Of a DNA stretch of 20,553 nucleotides, positions 5,549 to 14,540 are shown one piece after another. The position numbers and the translations under genes were made by a program. The stretch lies in the NCBI GenBank assembly GCA_046758705.1, contig JBHIAT010000052.1:1-20553 (forward strand), given 5' to 3'. The DNA is from Candidatus Bipolaricaulia bacterium. Its GTDB lineage: Bacteria > Bipolaricaulota > Bipolaricaulia > JBHIAT01. The notes below the pieces were generated by a model. It was not told where the DNA came from and ran no database searches. It saw only the letters and a list, made by a program, of their open reading frames with translations. Positions within the stretch are counted from its first letter, which is position 1; every line of letters begins with the position of its first letter.

Positions 5549-6214
5549 ATGATGAGCGAGAAACGGCAGCACAAAGAGCGACTCTACCACCTGTTTGCTC
5601 AGGTGGCCAGTGCCATGGCCAACCCTCACCGTCTGGAACTGCTAGACCTGCTGGTACAGGCGCCGCGCACCGTGGAGGAGCTGGCCCGCGAGGCAAGTAT
5701 GAGCGTGGCCAACACCTCTCAACATCTGCAACGGCTCAAGCAGGCCCGGCTGGTGGTGAACGAGCGTGACGGGCTGTATGTTCGCTACCACCTGGCCGAC
5801 CCGGCCGTCGCCCGTTTGTGGCTGAAACTGCGCGCTGTGGCCGAGCGACAGCTGGCAGAGGTGGAGCAGGCCCTCGATGCCTATCGCAACCGGCGGCACG
5901 AGTTTGAGTGGATTTCGGCCGACGAGCTGCGGACGCGGCTGCGCAACGGTGAGGTCGTGTTGCTGGACGTGCGACCCGGGGTGGAGTATCAGGCAGGCCA
6001 TCTGCCCGGAGCGATTTCTATCCCCCTGGATGAGCTGGAACACCGGCTGAGCGAGCTTCCTCAGGACCAGACGATCGTTGCTTACTGCCGCGGCCCCTAC
6101 TGTGTCTACGCCGATGAGGCGTTGGAGCTGCTGGCCGAGCGGGGGTGGAACGTCGCCCGCCTGGAGGAGGGGGTGGCCGAATGGCAACAGACGGGTTACG
6201 TCCTGGAGGAGTAA
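5549..6214 (+). CDS. ArsR/SmtB family regulator fused to a rhodanese domain
   Basis: HTH ANPHRLELLDLL...SVANTSQHLQRLKQARLV. Rhodanese motifs LLDVRP..EY..GHLPGA, active-site loop YCRGPYC, and LEEGVAEW. Confidence 0.92.
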   Translation: MMSEKRQHKERLYHLFAQVASAMANPHRLELLDLLVQAPRTVEELAREASMSVANTSQHLQRLKQARLVVNERDGLYVRYHLADPAVARLWLKLRAVAERQLAEVEQALDAYRNRRHEFEWISADELRTRLRNGEVVLLDVRPGVEYQAGHLPGAISIPLDELEHRLSELPQDQTIVAYCRGPYCVYADEALELLAERGWNVARLEEGVAEWQQTGYVLEE

Positions 6215-6235
6215 CCGTGTAGAAAGGAGGTAGAG

Positions 6236-6352
6236 ATGCAGGTGGTATCGGTTCGGGAGAATCGACAGTATGGGTTTCTTTCCGAGTCAGCACAGGAGAC
6301 CAGCGAGGATTTTGGCGTCAAGAGCGTCTCTCTGGTTGCGGAAAAGGTGTAA
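6236..6352 (+). CDS. Putative 38-aa small protein (not in ORF track)
   Basis: AAAGGAGGT RBS 4 nt before ATG. Translation MQVVSVRENRQYGFLSESAQETSEDFGVKSVSLVAEKV. It fills the gap between two co-oriented genes. Confidence 0.45.
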   Translation: MQVVSVRENRQYGFLSESAQETSEDFGVKSVSLVAEKV

Positions 6353-6396
6353 AGCCTTACAATTCGTAAAATTCGAAATTTGAAAGGGAGCATACC

Positions 6397-7125
6397 ATGT
6401 ACTTTCGACAGATCCTTCATGAAGAGAAAGCCTGTATCTCATACCTTGTCGGCTGTCCGACGTTTGGTCCGTGTGCCGTGGTGGATCCTCAGGGCGATCC
6501 GGAAACCTACATCGATCAGGTTAAGAAAAACGAGTTGGAGATCAGCGTGATCATCGAGACACACGTACACGCGGATCACCTCTCGTGTGCCCGAGAGCTG
6601 GCGGCGCTGACCGGCGTGCCACTGTACCTCGGCCCGGGCGCCGACGTGCGCTACGAACACGTACCGCTGGCCGACGGGCAGGTATTGGAGGTGGGCAACC
6701 GACTCATCCAAGCGATCCACACACCCGGCCACACCCCCGAGCACATCTGCCTGCTGGTAGACGATTGGTTCGTCCTCACCGGTGACACGCTGTTCGTCGG
6801 TGACGTGGGGCGTGTGGATCTGGCGTTGAACGATGTATCCGCCGACGAGATTCGCGCCCGCGCTGTGCAGCTCTACCACGGCCTGAACCGCTTGTTGGAG
6901 CTGTCGGATTGGACCGAAATCTATCCCGGTCACTATGAGGGATCGGTGTGCGGACGCGGCATAGACGGCAAGACGATCTCGACCATCGGCTACGAGCGAC
7001 GCAGCAATCCCGCACTGCAACTTTCAGCCGATGCCTTTGCGGACTTCCAGATCGAGGGCCTGCCGCCGTTGCCGGCTGACTTTCACATCATCAAACGTCG
7101 GAACCTGGGATATGAGGGGTCTTGA
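6397..7125 (+). CDS. MBL-fold metallo-hydrolase, persulfide dioxygenase (Blh/CstB/ETHE1)-like
   Basis: ETHVHADHLS, HTPGHTPEH, LTGDTLFVGDVGR, IYPGH..GSVCG and STIGYERR.N motifs. Confidence 0.9.
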   Translation: MYFRQILHEEKACISYLVGCPTFGPCAVVDPQGDPETYIDQVKKNELEISVIIETHVHADHLSCARELAALTGVPLYLGPGADVRYEHVPLADGQVLEVGNRLIQAIHTPGHTPEHICLLVDDWFVLTGDTLFVGDVGRVDLALNDVSADEIRARAVQLYHGLNRLLELSDWTEIYPGHYEGSVCGRGIDGKTISTIGYERRSNPALQLSADAFADFQIEGLPPLPADFHIIKRRNLGYEGS

Positions 7126-8386
7126 GCACCCGAAAGATGCGGTGAGATTGGGTCTGCAGGCCAACTGGCAACAGTTTACACTGCTTGTGATCGTCAACGC
7201 GTTCGTCGGGGCGATGGTCGGGTTGGAGCGTACCGTCGTCCCGCTGATTGCCGAGGCCGACTTCGGCCTGGTCTCGAAGTCGGCTGTGCTGTCCTTCCTG
7301 ATCAGCTTCGGGGTGGCCAAGGCAGGGGTCAACCTGCTTGCCGGACGCCTGTCCGACCGGCTGGGGCGCAAGCGTATCCTGATCACCGGCTGGCTGTTCG
7401 GCCTGCCTGTGCCGCTGCTGATCATCTTCGCGCCCAGCTGGAGCTGGGTGGTGTTCGCCAACGTGCTGCTGGGGATCAATCAAGGTCTGTGCTGGTCTAC
7501 GACCGTGATCATGAAGATTGACCTGGTCGGGCCGAAGCAACGCGGACTGGCGATGGGGCTGAACGAGTCCGCTGGCTATCTGGCCGTCTCCGCCTCGGCG
7601 CTGGCGACCGGCTACCTGGCAGCCACTTATGGCTTGCGACCCGGGCCGTTCTACCCCGGCATCGCGTTCGCCTTCCTGGGCTTGCTGTTCTCCATCTTCT
7701 TCGTGCGTGACACGCGCCCCCACGCCCGTTACGAGGCGCAGTTGACTGCGGCGGAACCTATCGCGCAAAACGACAACTCGGAGAAACCGTCGTTTGCCCA
7801 GATCCTGTGGCTCACCAGTTGGAAAGACCGGGCGTTGTTCTCCGCCAGCCAGGCGGGGATGGTCAACAACCTGAACGACGGGCTGTTCTGGGGGCTGATC
7901 CCCATCTTCCTGGCCGCTGCCGGGCTGCCTCTTGAACAGATCGCCATCATCGCCGCGATTTATCCGGGTGTATGGGGTCTGGGTCAACTCATCACCGGTG
8001 CGCTCAGCGATCGCTGGGGCCGCAAGTGGATGATCGCTGCCGGCATGTGGGTGCAGGCGGTCGGCATCGGGCTGTTTGTCGTCGGCCAAGGCTTCTGGAC
8101 GTGGATCGGCGCCGCGGTGCTGCTGGGCCTAGGCACGGCGCTGGTGTACCCGACACTACTGGCGGCCGTCTCCGATGTGGCCCATCCCGAGTGGCGGGCT
8201 TCCGCTGTTGGCGTCTACCGCCTGTGGCGTGATGGGGGACTGGCGGTGGGCGCGCTCACCGCGGGGTTGCTGGCCGACGCGCTCGGTATTCCGGCCGCCA
8301 TCGCCACCGTCGGCGCACTGACGCTCGTTTCGGGCGTGATTGTCGCCCGGACGATGTACGAGACACTGCCCGCACGACGGGCTTGA
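7112..8386 (+). CDS. MFS transporter
   Basis: Many hydrophobic segments and two motif-A copies (GRLSDRLGRK, GALSDRWGRK). Start placed at ATG 7112, overlapping the end of the MBL gene. Confidence 0.92.
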   Translation: MRGLEHPKDAVRLGLQANWQQFTLLVIVNAFVGAMVGLERTVVPLIAEADFGLVSKSAVLSFLISFGVAKAGVNLLAGRLSDRLGRKRILITGWLFGLPVPLLIIFAPSWSWVVFANVLLGINQGLCWSTTVIMKIDLVGPKQRGLAMGLNESAGYLAVSASALATGYLAATYGLRPGPFYPGIAFAFLGLLFSIFFVRDTRPHARYEAQLTAAEPIAQNDNSEKPSFAQILWLTSWKDRALFSASQAGMVNNLNDGLFWGLIPIFLAAAGLPLEQIAIIAAIYPGVWGLGQLITGALSDRWGRKWMIAAGMWVQAVGIGLFVVGQGFWTWIGAAVLLGLGTALVYPTLLAAVSDVAHPEWRASAVGVYRLWRDGGLAVGALTAGLLADALGIPAAIATVGALTLVSGVIVARTMYETLPARRA

Positions 8387-8411
8387 CAGCGCTTCACCGA
8401 CCTATTAGAAT
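8383..8411 (+). promoter_or_regulatory. Sigma70-type promoter for the URO-D family/ribokinase pair
   Basis: TTGACA (8383-8388, containing the MFS TGA stop) - 17 nt - TAGAAT (8406-8411). Confidence 0.55.
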
Positions 8412-8454
8412 GCCTTTATCGGATTAAACACCAGAAACAAATAAGGACACAAAA

Positions 8455-9651
8455 TTGGCACAGGCAAACGAGAAACATATGAGTCCCCGTGAACGGGTAA
8501 AGACCGCTCTGCGTCATGAAGAGCCGGACCGAGTGCCGGTGGACTTCTTGGCCACCCCTGAAATATGGCAAAGGTTGGTTGAGCATGTTCAACCTGATAC
8601 CAGCACAGTGGGCGATTCTGATTTCTTTGACCCAGCTTGGGAAGCCATTCTGCACCACTTTGAAGTCGATTGCCGGGTTTTATCTTATGACCAATTCTTC
8701 AATGCGCCTGATTCGATCATGCATCAGGGAGCTTGCATTGAATGGTGGGATGCCTTGAGCCGATCAACTCCCAACCGGATGTGGCGTCAGCGCACCCCTG
8801 AGGGAGATTATTATGACCTGTGGGGACACCACCTCCGCATCGTCCAGAATCCGAGCGGTGCCCACGAACAGTTTGCGAGCTGGCCCCTCCGTGCAGCTAC
8901 TTCTGTTGCAGATCTCAAAGACCATCCCTGGCCGGAGCCGGATTGGTGGGATTTCAGCCCGTTGCCAGACGTCGTCAAGCAACTGGACGCTCATAAGGAA
9001 TATCATCTCCGGTTTCGAATCGGCTCGGTCTTTGAGATCGCCTGGCAACTGCGCAGCATGCAGGAATTCCTCATGGACCTGTCCCTCAAGCCGGAAATCC
9101 CCATGTACATTATGGAGCGATTGACTGATGTCTACGTAGAAAACACCCGTCGGGTTCTGGATTTGGTGGGCGATCGTCTGGATATGGTTTACTTCTACGA
9201 TGATGTTGCCACCCAGATTTCTCTGATGATTTCTCCAAGGATGTGGCGTGAGTATGTTCGTCCGCACCACGTAAGCATCATTGAAGTCGCCAAAGCGTAC
9301 CATATGCCCGTGATGTATCACTGCGATGGGGCGATCTACCCCCTCATTCCTGAACTGATTGAGATGGGGGTCGACTTGCTCAACCCGATTCAGGCCGATG
9401 CCACAGACATGGATCCGCAGCGACTGAAACATGAATTCGGCGACCTTCTCTGTTTTCACGGCGGTATTGACATCATCAAAACGCTGCCTCGGGGCACGGT
9501 CGATGATGTCAGAGCCGAAGTCGCAGAGCGTATTCAGGTTCTGGGAAAAAGTGGAGGCTACATTTTAGCCAGTTCTCACCATATTCAATCCGACACACCC
9601 CTTGAAAACGTCTTTGCCATGTATGATCTATCAAATCGCTACTTGAGTTAA
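8455..9651 (+). CDS. Uroporphyrinogen decarboxylase / MtaA-CmuA methyltransferase superfamily protein
   Basis: MSPRERV..AL.HEEPDRVP N-terminus, DDVATQ, LMISP.MWRE, YHCDG, LNPIQ, FHGGID and GGYILASSH motifs. Start is TTG 8455 (AAGGA RBS) or ATG 8479. Confidence 0.88.
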   Translation: MAQANEKHMSPRERVKTALRHEEPDRVPVDFLATPEIWQRLVEHVQPDTSTVGDSDFFDPAWEAILHHFEVDCRVLSYDQFFNAPDSIMHQGACIEWWDALSRSTPNRMWRQRTPEGDYYDLWGHHLRIVQNPSGAHEQFASWPLRAATSVADLKDHPWPEPDWWDFSPLPDVVKQLDAHKEYHLRFRIGSVFEIAWQLRSMQEFLMDLSLKPEIPMYIMERLTDVYVENTRRVLDLVGDRLDMVYFYDDVATQISLMISPRMWREYVRPHHVSIIEVAKAYHMPVMYHCDGAIYPLIPELIEMGVDLLNPIQADATDMDPQRLKHEFGDLLCFHGGIDIIKTLPRGTVDDVRAEVAERIQVLGKSGGYILASSHHIQSDTPLENVFAMYDLSNRYLS

Positions 9652-9657
9652 ATACCG

Positions 9658-10578
9658 ATGTCAGCGAAAATCGCCGTGGTCGGAAGCTACAATGTGGGTC
9701 TGACGGTGCAGACGTCGCGCCCGCCTTCCATCGGGGAGACTGTGCTCGGTGGCAATTTTTCCGAAGGCCCCGGTGGGAAAGGGTCGAACCAGGCGATCGC
9801 CGCCGCCCGGTTAGGTGCAGAGGTGCACTTTATCGGGTGTGTCGGCACGGACCGTTTCGGCGACGATGCGCTGAGACTTTGGGACGAGGAAGGCGTTCAC
9901 GCCCACGTCCGTCGTGACGACGTCCCCACCGGCGCGGGAGTGATCTTGCTGTTTTCGCAAGGCGACAACGCCATCGTCGTGGCACCGGGCGCCAACGCGA
10001 CGTTGACCCCTGATGACATCGATCGGACCGAAGAAGCGATCGCCTCGTGCCACGTATTGTTGTTGCAGTTGGAGATTCCCGCAGAAACGGCCTTATACGC
10101 CGCCCAGGTGGCCAAGGCTCACGGCGTCACGGTGATCCTCAACCCCGCTCCGGCACAAGCACTGCCCCGGGACGCCTATCGACACATCGACGTCCTGACG
10201 CCCAACGAAAGCGAAGCTCATCTCCTGCTGGGCGAAGCACCGGACGCCGGATGGGGGCCGGAGCACCTTACCCGCCACCTGCATCAGTTGGGCACGCAAA
10301 CCGTGGTCTTGACCCAAGGCAAGGCCGGAGCGTTGATTGCCACCGCCGAAGGGCTCGAGTCCGCGCGCGCGCCGACGGTCAGAACCGTGGATCCGACCGG
10401 CGCAGGCGACGCGTTTAACGGAGCGTTGGCCGTGGCGTTGGCCGAGGGAGAGCCGCTGTCGGCAGCGGTACAGTGGGCTTGCTATGCCGGCGCGTACTGC
10501 GCCACAAAGATGGAAGTGATTCCCGGGCTGGCGCATCGGGATCAACTCGAAACCTTCATCCACAAACGAAGGTTGTGA
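9658..10578 (+). CDS. rbsK: Ribokinase (PfkB family)
   Basis: VVGSYN, PGGKGSNQAIAAARLG, LQLEIP, ILNPAPA, TPNESEA and DPTGAGDAFNG motifs. Exact substrate is uncertain. Confidence 0.85.
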   Translation: MSAKIAVVGSYNVGLTVQTSRPPSIGETVLGGNFSEGPGGKGSNQAIAAARLGAEVHFIGCVGTDRFGDDALRLWDEEGVHAHVRRDDVPTGAGVILLFSQGDNAIVVAPGANATLTPDDIDRTEEAIASCHVLLLQLEIPAETALYAAQVAKAHGVTVILNPAPAQALPRDAYRHIDVLTPNESEAHLLLGEAPDAGWGPEHLTRHLHQLGTQTVVLTQGKAGALIATAEGLESARAPTVRTVDPTGAGDAFNGALAVALAEGEPLSAAVQWACYAGAYCATKMEVIPGLAHRDQLETFIHKRRL

Positions 10579-10713
10579 GGTCTGAGGTCTATCCCCACTT
10601 AATTAACCCGTGATGTGAAATCCTGAACCAGACAGAAGGTGTCCAGACGTATCCCGTTTATGACGGAGGTGATCAGCAGACATTGCGTCCGGTTGGACAC
10701 TTTCCTGACCGCG

Positions 10714-10742
10714 TTGACAAGAGGTACTTCCAGAGGTAAGCT
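10714..10742 (+). promoter_or_regulatory. Sigma70-type promoter for hsdR'-radC
   Basis: TTGACA (10714-10719) - 17 nt - TAAGCT (10737-10742). Confidence 0.55.
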
Positions 10743-10812
10743 TGAAAGCGAGCCTTGAGCGGCTCTGTTCTAAGGATTGCAGGACATTTCCTTATCTTGT
10801 GGGAGAACCTTC

Positions 10813-11766
10813 ATGGGGCGCGCTGAGAAAGAAACCGATGCGCGGATCATTGTGGATCGTCTGCTGCGGGAGTCGGGTTGGGACCCAGAAGATAAATCTC
10901 AGGTACTGACGGAGGAGCCGGCGGCAGATGGATCGGCTGACTACGTCCTCCTGGACAGCCGTGGTCGACCCCTTGCAGTAGTGGAAGCCAAACGCTTTTC
11001 CAAGGATCCCTATTCCGCCCGACAGCAGGCCAGGGATTACGCGGAAGCTCTTGAGGCCCCCTTCATCTTCCTTTCTAACGGTGAGACCACCTATTTCTGG
11101 GATTACACCGTGACTGACGCGCGCCAGGTGGTAGCATTTTTCCCACGCCGAGACCTCGAACGCATCATGACACTTCGCCGGTTCCGGAAGCCCCTCTCGA
11201 CCGTTCCCATTCCTGAAGAGGTCTTCATCCAAGGTGAGGAGAAACGGGTACGCCCTTATCAGAAGCAATGTCTTCAGGCTATGGATGCTGCCATTGAAAC
11301 GGGGAAACGGCGACTCTTGATCGAGATGGCCACAGCGACGGGAAAGACCCTCACGATAGCGATGGCTCTGAAGCGGTTCTTTCAGGCGGGAGTCACTCAG
11401 CGAGTGCTTTTCCTGGTGGACCGCTTAGAATTGGCAAATCAGGCCAAAGAGGTGTTCAACGATCACCTCAAGGACTTTCCGTCTGTGGTCCTATACGGAG
11501 GTCGGCGAAGCAAAGAGGGGCAGATCGTCATCGCACTATACTGGCAGCAGATAGTTTTGCATAAGCAAGGCGCAGCGCAGCCTAATGTCAATAGCCGAAG
11601 GCTTAAAACCATCCGCCTCTATCTGCCCCCACTTCCTGTCCAGCAGCGTATCGTGGCCAAACTCGACCACATTGAACGTGCTCTGAAGTTCCAGCAGGAA
11701 GGGCTCAAGAAGATGGAGACCCTGATGCAGACAGCACTCCATAGGGCGTTTCGGGGAGAGTTATAA
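10813..11766 (+). pseudogene. hsdR: In-frame chimera: type I restriction subunit HsdR N-terminus fused to the C-terminal tail of HsdS
   Basis: HsdR features are E.DARI.VD.LL...GW, nuclease ADYVL...VVEAK, FLSNG, RPYQ, MATATGKT and LFLVDR..LA.Q. After about 11535 the frame becomes GAAQPNVN...LPPLPVQQRIV...AFRGEL, an HsdS C-terminus. There is no DEAD/DECH motif and no hsdM. Confidence 0.8.
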
Positions 11767-11768
11767 AC

Positions 11769-12461
11769 ATGGAGGAGAGATCCCACTACATCGGCCATCG
11801 GGAACGCTTGCGAAAGCGTTTCCGCCAGGCAGGAGTTGAAGGATTCCAGGATTACGAAGTTCTTGAACTTCTTTTGACTTACGCCATTCCCCGCAAGGAC
11901 GTCAAGCCCATCGCCAAGGCGCTAATCGCCCACTTCGGCTCTCTTTCCGGTGTGCTGGACGCCAGTCTGAGGGAGCTTGAAGACGTCCCCGACCTTGGTC
12001 CGGCATCGGCCACGCTCATCCGTCTGGTGAAGGAAACCTGCGAGGCCTACCTTGCTGAGAAGATGAAACGCAAAGATGTTCTGAGTTCGCCCCAGGCCGT
12101 GGTGGATTTCTCCCGGATGAAACTAGCCGGACGCCCTAATGAGGCGTTCATGGTCATCTATTTAAATACCAAGAACGAAGCCATTGACTATGAAGTTATC
12201 CAGGAAGGCACCATTGACCGGGCGGCAGTCTATCCCCGCCGCGTCTTGGAAGGGGCGTTAGCCCACCGTGCCTCGGGCCTGCTACTTGTGCACAATCATC
12301 CCAGTGGGCACCCCGAACCCTCCTTTGAGGACAAGCACCTCACAAAAGCTGTTATAGAGGCGGTGCAACCCATAGACATTCGGGTCCTGGATCACATCAT
12401 TATCGGTAAAGATGGCCACTTCAGTTTTTTAGAGAACCATCTGTTAGAAGGTTTGATATGA
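11769..12461 (+). CDS. radC: RadC (UPF0758) JAB-domain protein
   Basis: GHRERLR, DYEVLELLL..AIPRKD.KPIAK, EGTID...VYPR, VHNHPSG...PS.ED and VLDHIIIG motifs. Confidence 0.93.
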   Translation: MEERSHYIGHRERLRKRFRQAGVEGFQDYEVLELLLTYAIPRKDVKPIAKALIAHFGSLSGVLDASLRELEDVPDLGPASATLIRLVKETCEAYLAEKMKRKDVLSSPQAVVDFSRMKLAGRPNEAFMVIYLNTKNEAIDYEVIQEGTIDRAAVYPRRVLEGALAHRASGLLLVHNHPSGHPEPSFEDKHLTKAVIEAVQPIDIRVLDHIIIGKDGHFSFLENHLLEGLI

Positions 12462-12530
12462 CATCCTCCGCCAGGGGTAAATCGTACTTGATGAAGTGGT
12501 TTTTCATGGTGCTATGCCACTCCCACCGGC

Positions 12531-13160
12531 TCAGGAGAACCATTGCTGGAGCAGTCGGCATAATTTCTGGAATGCCCGATCTGAGCAACTTCTTAGACTC
12601 GCTCTCCGGGAAATTCCTCTATAAATGGAGGATGAACGAGGTATCCTCGCTTCTCTCAGAAGAGTCTCGAAAACCTCCTTAGGGCTAGGAGGTTTAATCC
12701 GTACAGGGGCCAAATAACCTTGCGCTCGCAGCCATTGAGACAATCTTTCCGGGGTCCAGCCGATCCTCCGACAAATGTGAGAAGGTTTAACACCCCAGAC
12801 CCAGGTCTCTAACTCAGGAGAGATCACGATAACACCTGCTTGATCTCTCCATCCTAGCCTCCATAGTTCTTCTTCGATATCATTCTCGATGTCTGTCGGA
12901 GTGTCTCTGTCCCTTCCTGAACCATGATGATCGAATATCAGGAGACAGTGGGTATAACTTTGAGATAGTTGCAGTTCTCGGGAAAATTCAATACCTCTAA
13001 AGCAGACTCCTGGATCCCGCTCCTGATGCCTAAAAGTTCGATAAGTAATACGGGCGATTCCTAAACTCTCCGGTCTTGATAGAATGGTATTGATCACCGT
13101 TTCGATGTCTAAATCCGGAACAATAATTGCCAGATCTGGCTTTTCGTGATCATTGGACAT
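12531..13160 (-). CDS. MAD4-like (methylation-associated defence system) TOPRIM-type protein
   Basis: DL.I.V.D, LSRPESLGI, H.ERDPG, FDHHGSG, I.PELETWVW, KP..PKE, PRSSSIY and C.D.AF.KL...LQQWF match my recollection of the MAD4/DUF4276-like family. Coupled to the ATPase by a TAATG overlap. Confidence 0.65.
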   Translation of the reverse strand: MSNDHEKPDLAIIVPDLDIETVINTILSRPESLGIARITYRTFRHQERDPGVCFRGIEFSRELQLSQSYTHCLLIFDHHGSGRDRDTPTDIENDIEEELWRLGWRDQAGVIVISPELETWVWGVKPSHICRRIGWTPERLSQWLRAQGYLAPVRIKPPSPKEVFETLLREARIPRSSSIYRGISRRASLRSCSDRAFQKLCRLLQQWFS

Positions 13161-14443
13161 TAATCCAGTACTCCTGAAGCATACAGCACACCCAGGTTCT
13201 TCTTACCTCTCCAGCCCTTCAGACCTGGATGTTGATTTCCACGGATGATCCGGCTATCTCCCTCCGCTCCCTTGCGAAAGCAGAGCACCTGATCTGGTTT
13301 CGCAACACTCAAAATCACAGGAGAGTGAGTTGCAACCAATATCTGGTTATCATAAGCGGAAGATAGTGACTGAAAGACCGTTTCTATCGCTTTAGGATGG
13401 ATCCCGTTTTCGGGTTCCTCGACCAAGAAAATACGCTCTTTCTCAGGAAGATAGGCCAGCAAAGTCAACGCCATCATCCGGAGTGTGCCGTCGGAGATGC
13501 TCCAGGAGGGCACCTTTAATCCGCTAGTGTAGGTAATGACGATATAGAGATGCTTGTCCTCAGGCCGTTCTTTAACGTTTACATTCTGGATGTCATAAAG
13601 TGATGTTTGAAGATGCTTCACCCACCGTTTGAATTGTTTAGGATCTTCTCTCTTGAGTTTCTTAATCACAATGGGTAAGTTGCTGCCGTCCGGCTCAAAT
13701 GTATCCGGGCTCAGGGGGGAGCATGGACGACGCATAGCTTCACTATTGAGTGCCAGGATATCTATTCCTTCCATGAGCAACTCCCTTGCCCAGGAGGAGA
13801 CAGGGAAACGCTCCTCTTCTGCCGGGACATTGGCCAGGGCCATCTTGCGAGGTCCTAGGCTAAACGGAGCGTTCCATCCGGTCGTTTCACTGATGAAATA
13901 ATCCTTCCCTGAAGAACTTACTTTATTGACCGTTTTTCGCCATCCTGGAGGGGTTCTTTGCCGATGAGGATAATCTTTTGGTAAAGTAGTCCCATTTTCG
14001 AACAGGTTTAACTGATTAAAGTCTTCTTGCCCTTGAGGAGTGAGTGTAGCCGGATCTTCTGGTTTGAGCCAGAGTGTTTCATCAATGATTTGAACTTTGC
14101 CAGTAGCCTCTTTACCGATCACAACCTCGTAGCGAAATCTTACGTATTCCCTGCCGAAATGCTTGAGTTTCATCAGATTCTTTAATCGTTCGGGCAACTC
14201 TACTTCGATAACCAGGGCAAACCATCTCCTTTTTCCTAACCAGGCTAGATCCGAGAAATTCTGTGCTCGTTTCTTAATTGCTTTATCGAGTCCCTCTTGT
14301 ACCAAGTCACCTAGTAAGCCTACCACATCAAGAAAAGTGCTCTTCCCAGATGCATTAGGACCTACAAGGATTTGGAAGTTATCCAGAGGGGTCCAGATGC
14401 GCTTTAAGCATTTGTATCCGTATGCCTCGATGAGACGGATCAT
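13160..14443 (-). CDS. AAA_21/ABC-type ATPase, MAD3-like
   Basis: Walker A GPNASGKS, signature ISDGT, Walker B LVEEPENGIHP and H-loop ATHSP. Strong RBS. Confidence 0.85.
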   Translation of the reverse strand: MIRLIEAYGYKCLKRIWTPLDNFQILVGPNASGKSTFLDVVGLLGDLVQEGLDKAIKKRAQNFSDLAWLGKRRWFALVIEVELPERLKNLMKLKHFGREYVRFRYEVVIGKEATGKVQIIDETLWLKPEDPATLTPQGQEDFNQLNLFENGTTLPKDYPHRQRTPPGWRKTVNKVSSSGKDYFISETTGWNAPFSLGPRKMALANVPAEEERFPVSSWARELLMEGIDILALNSEAMRRPCSPLSPDTFEPDGSNLPIVIKKLKREDPKQFKRWVKHLQTSLYDIQNVNVKERPEDKHLYIVITYTSGLKVPSWSISDGTLRMMALTLLAYLPEKERIFLVEEPENGIHPKAIETVFQSLSSAYDNQILVATHSPVILSVAKPDQVLCFRKGAEGDSRIIRGNQHPGLKGWRGKKNLGVLYASGVLD

Positions 14444-14540
14444 AACGGTCCCTCCCTCTCCTCGGCCTTCTCCTGCTACCGCTCCTCCGGGACCAAGTTA
14501 TTGTATAGAAACGAGCAGTCCGGATGCAACTGGGCTTCGT

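Noticed and set aside
7091-8089. Long antisense ORFs (7091-8089, 8764-9459, 14994-16085, 19266-19913, 14163-14822)
   Set aside because: Shadow frames of well-supported genes, mostly in GC-rich DNA, with no motifs.
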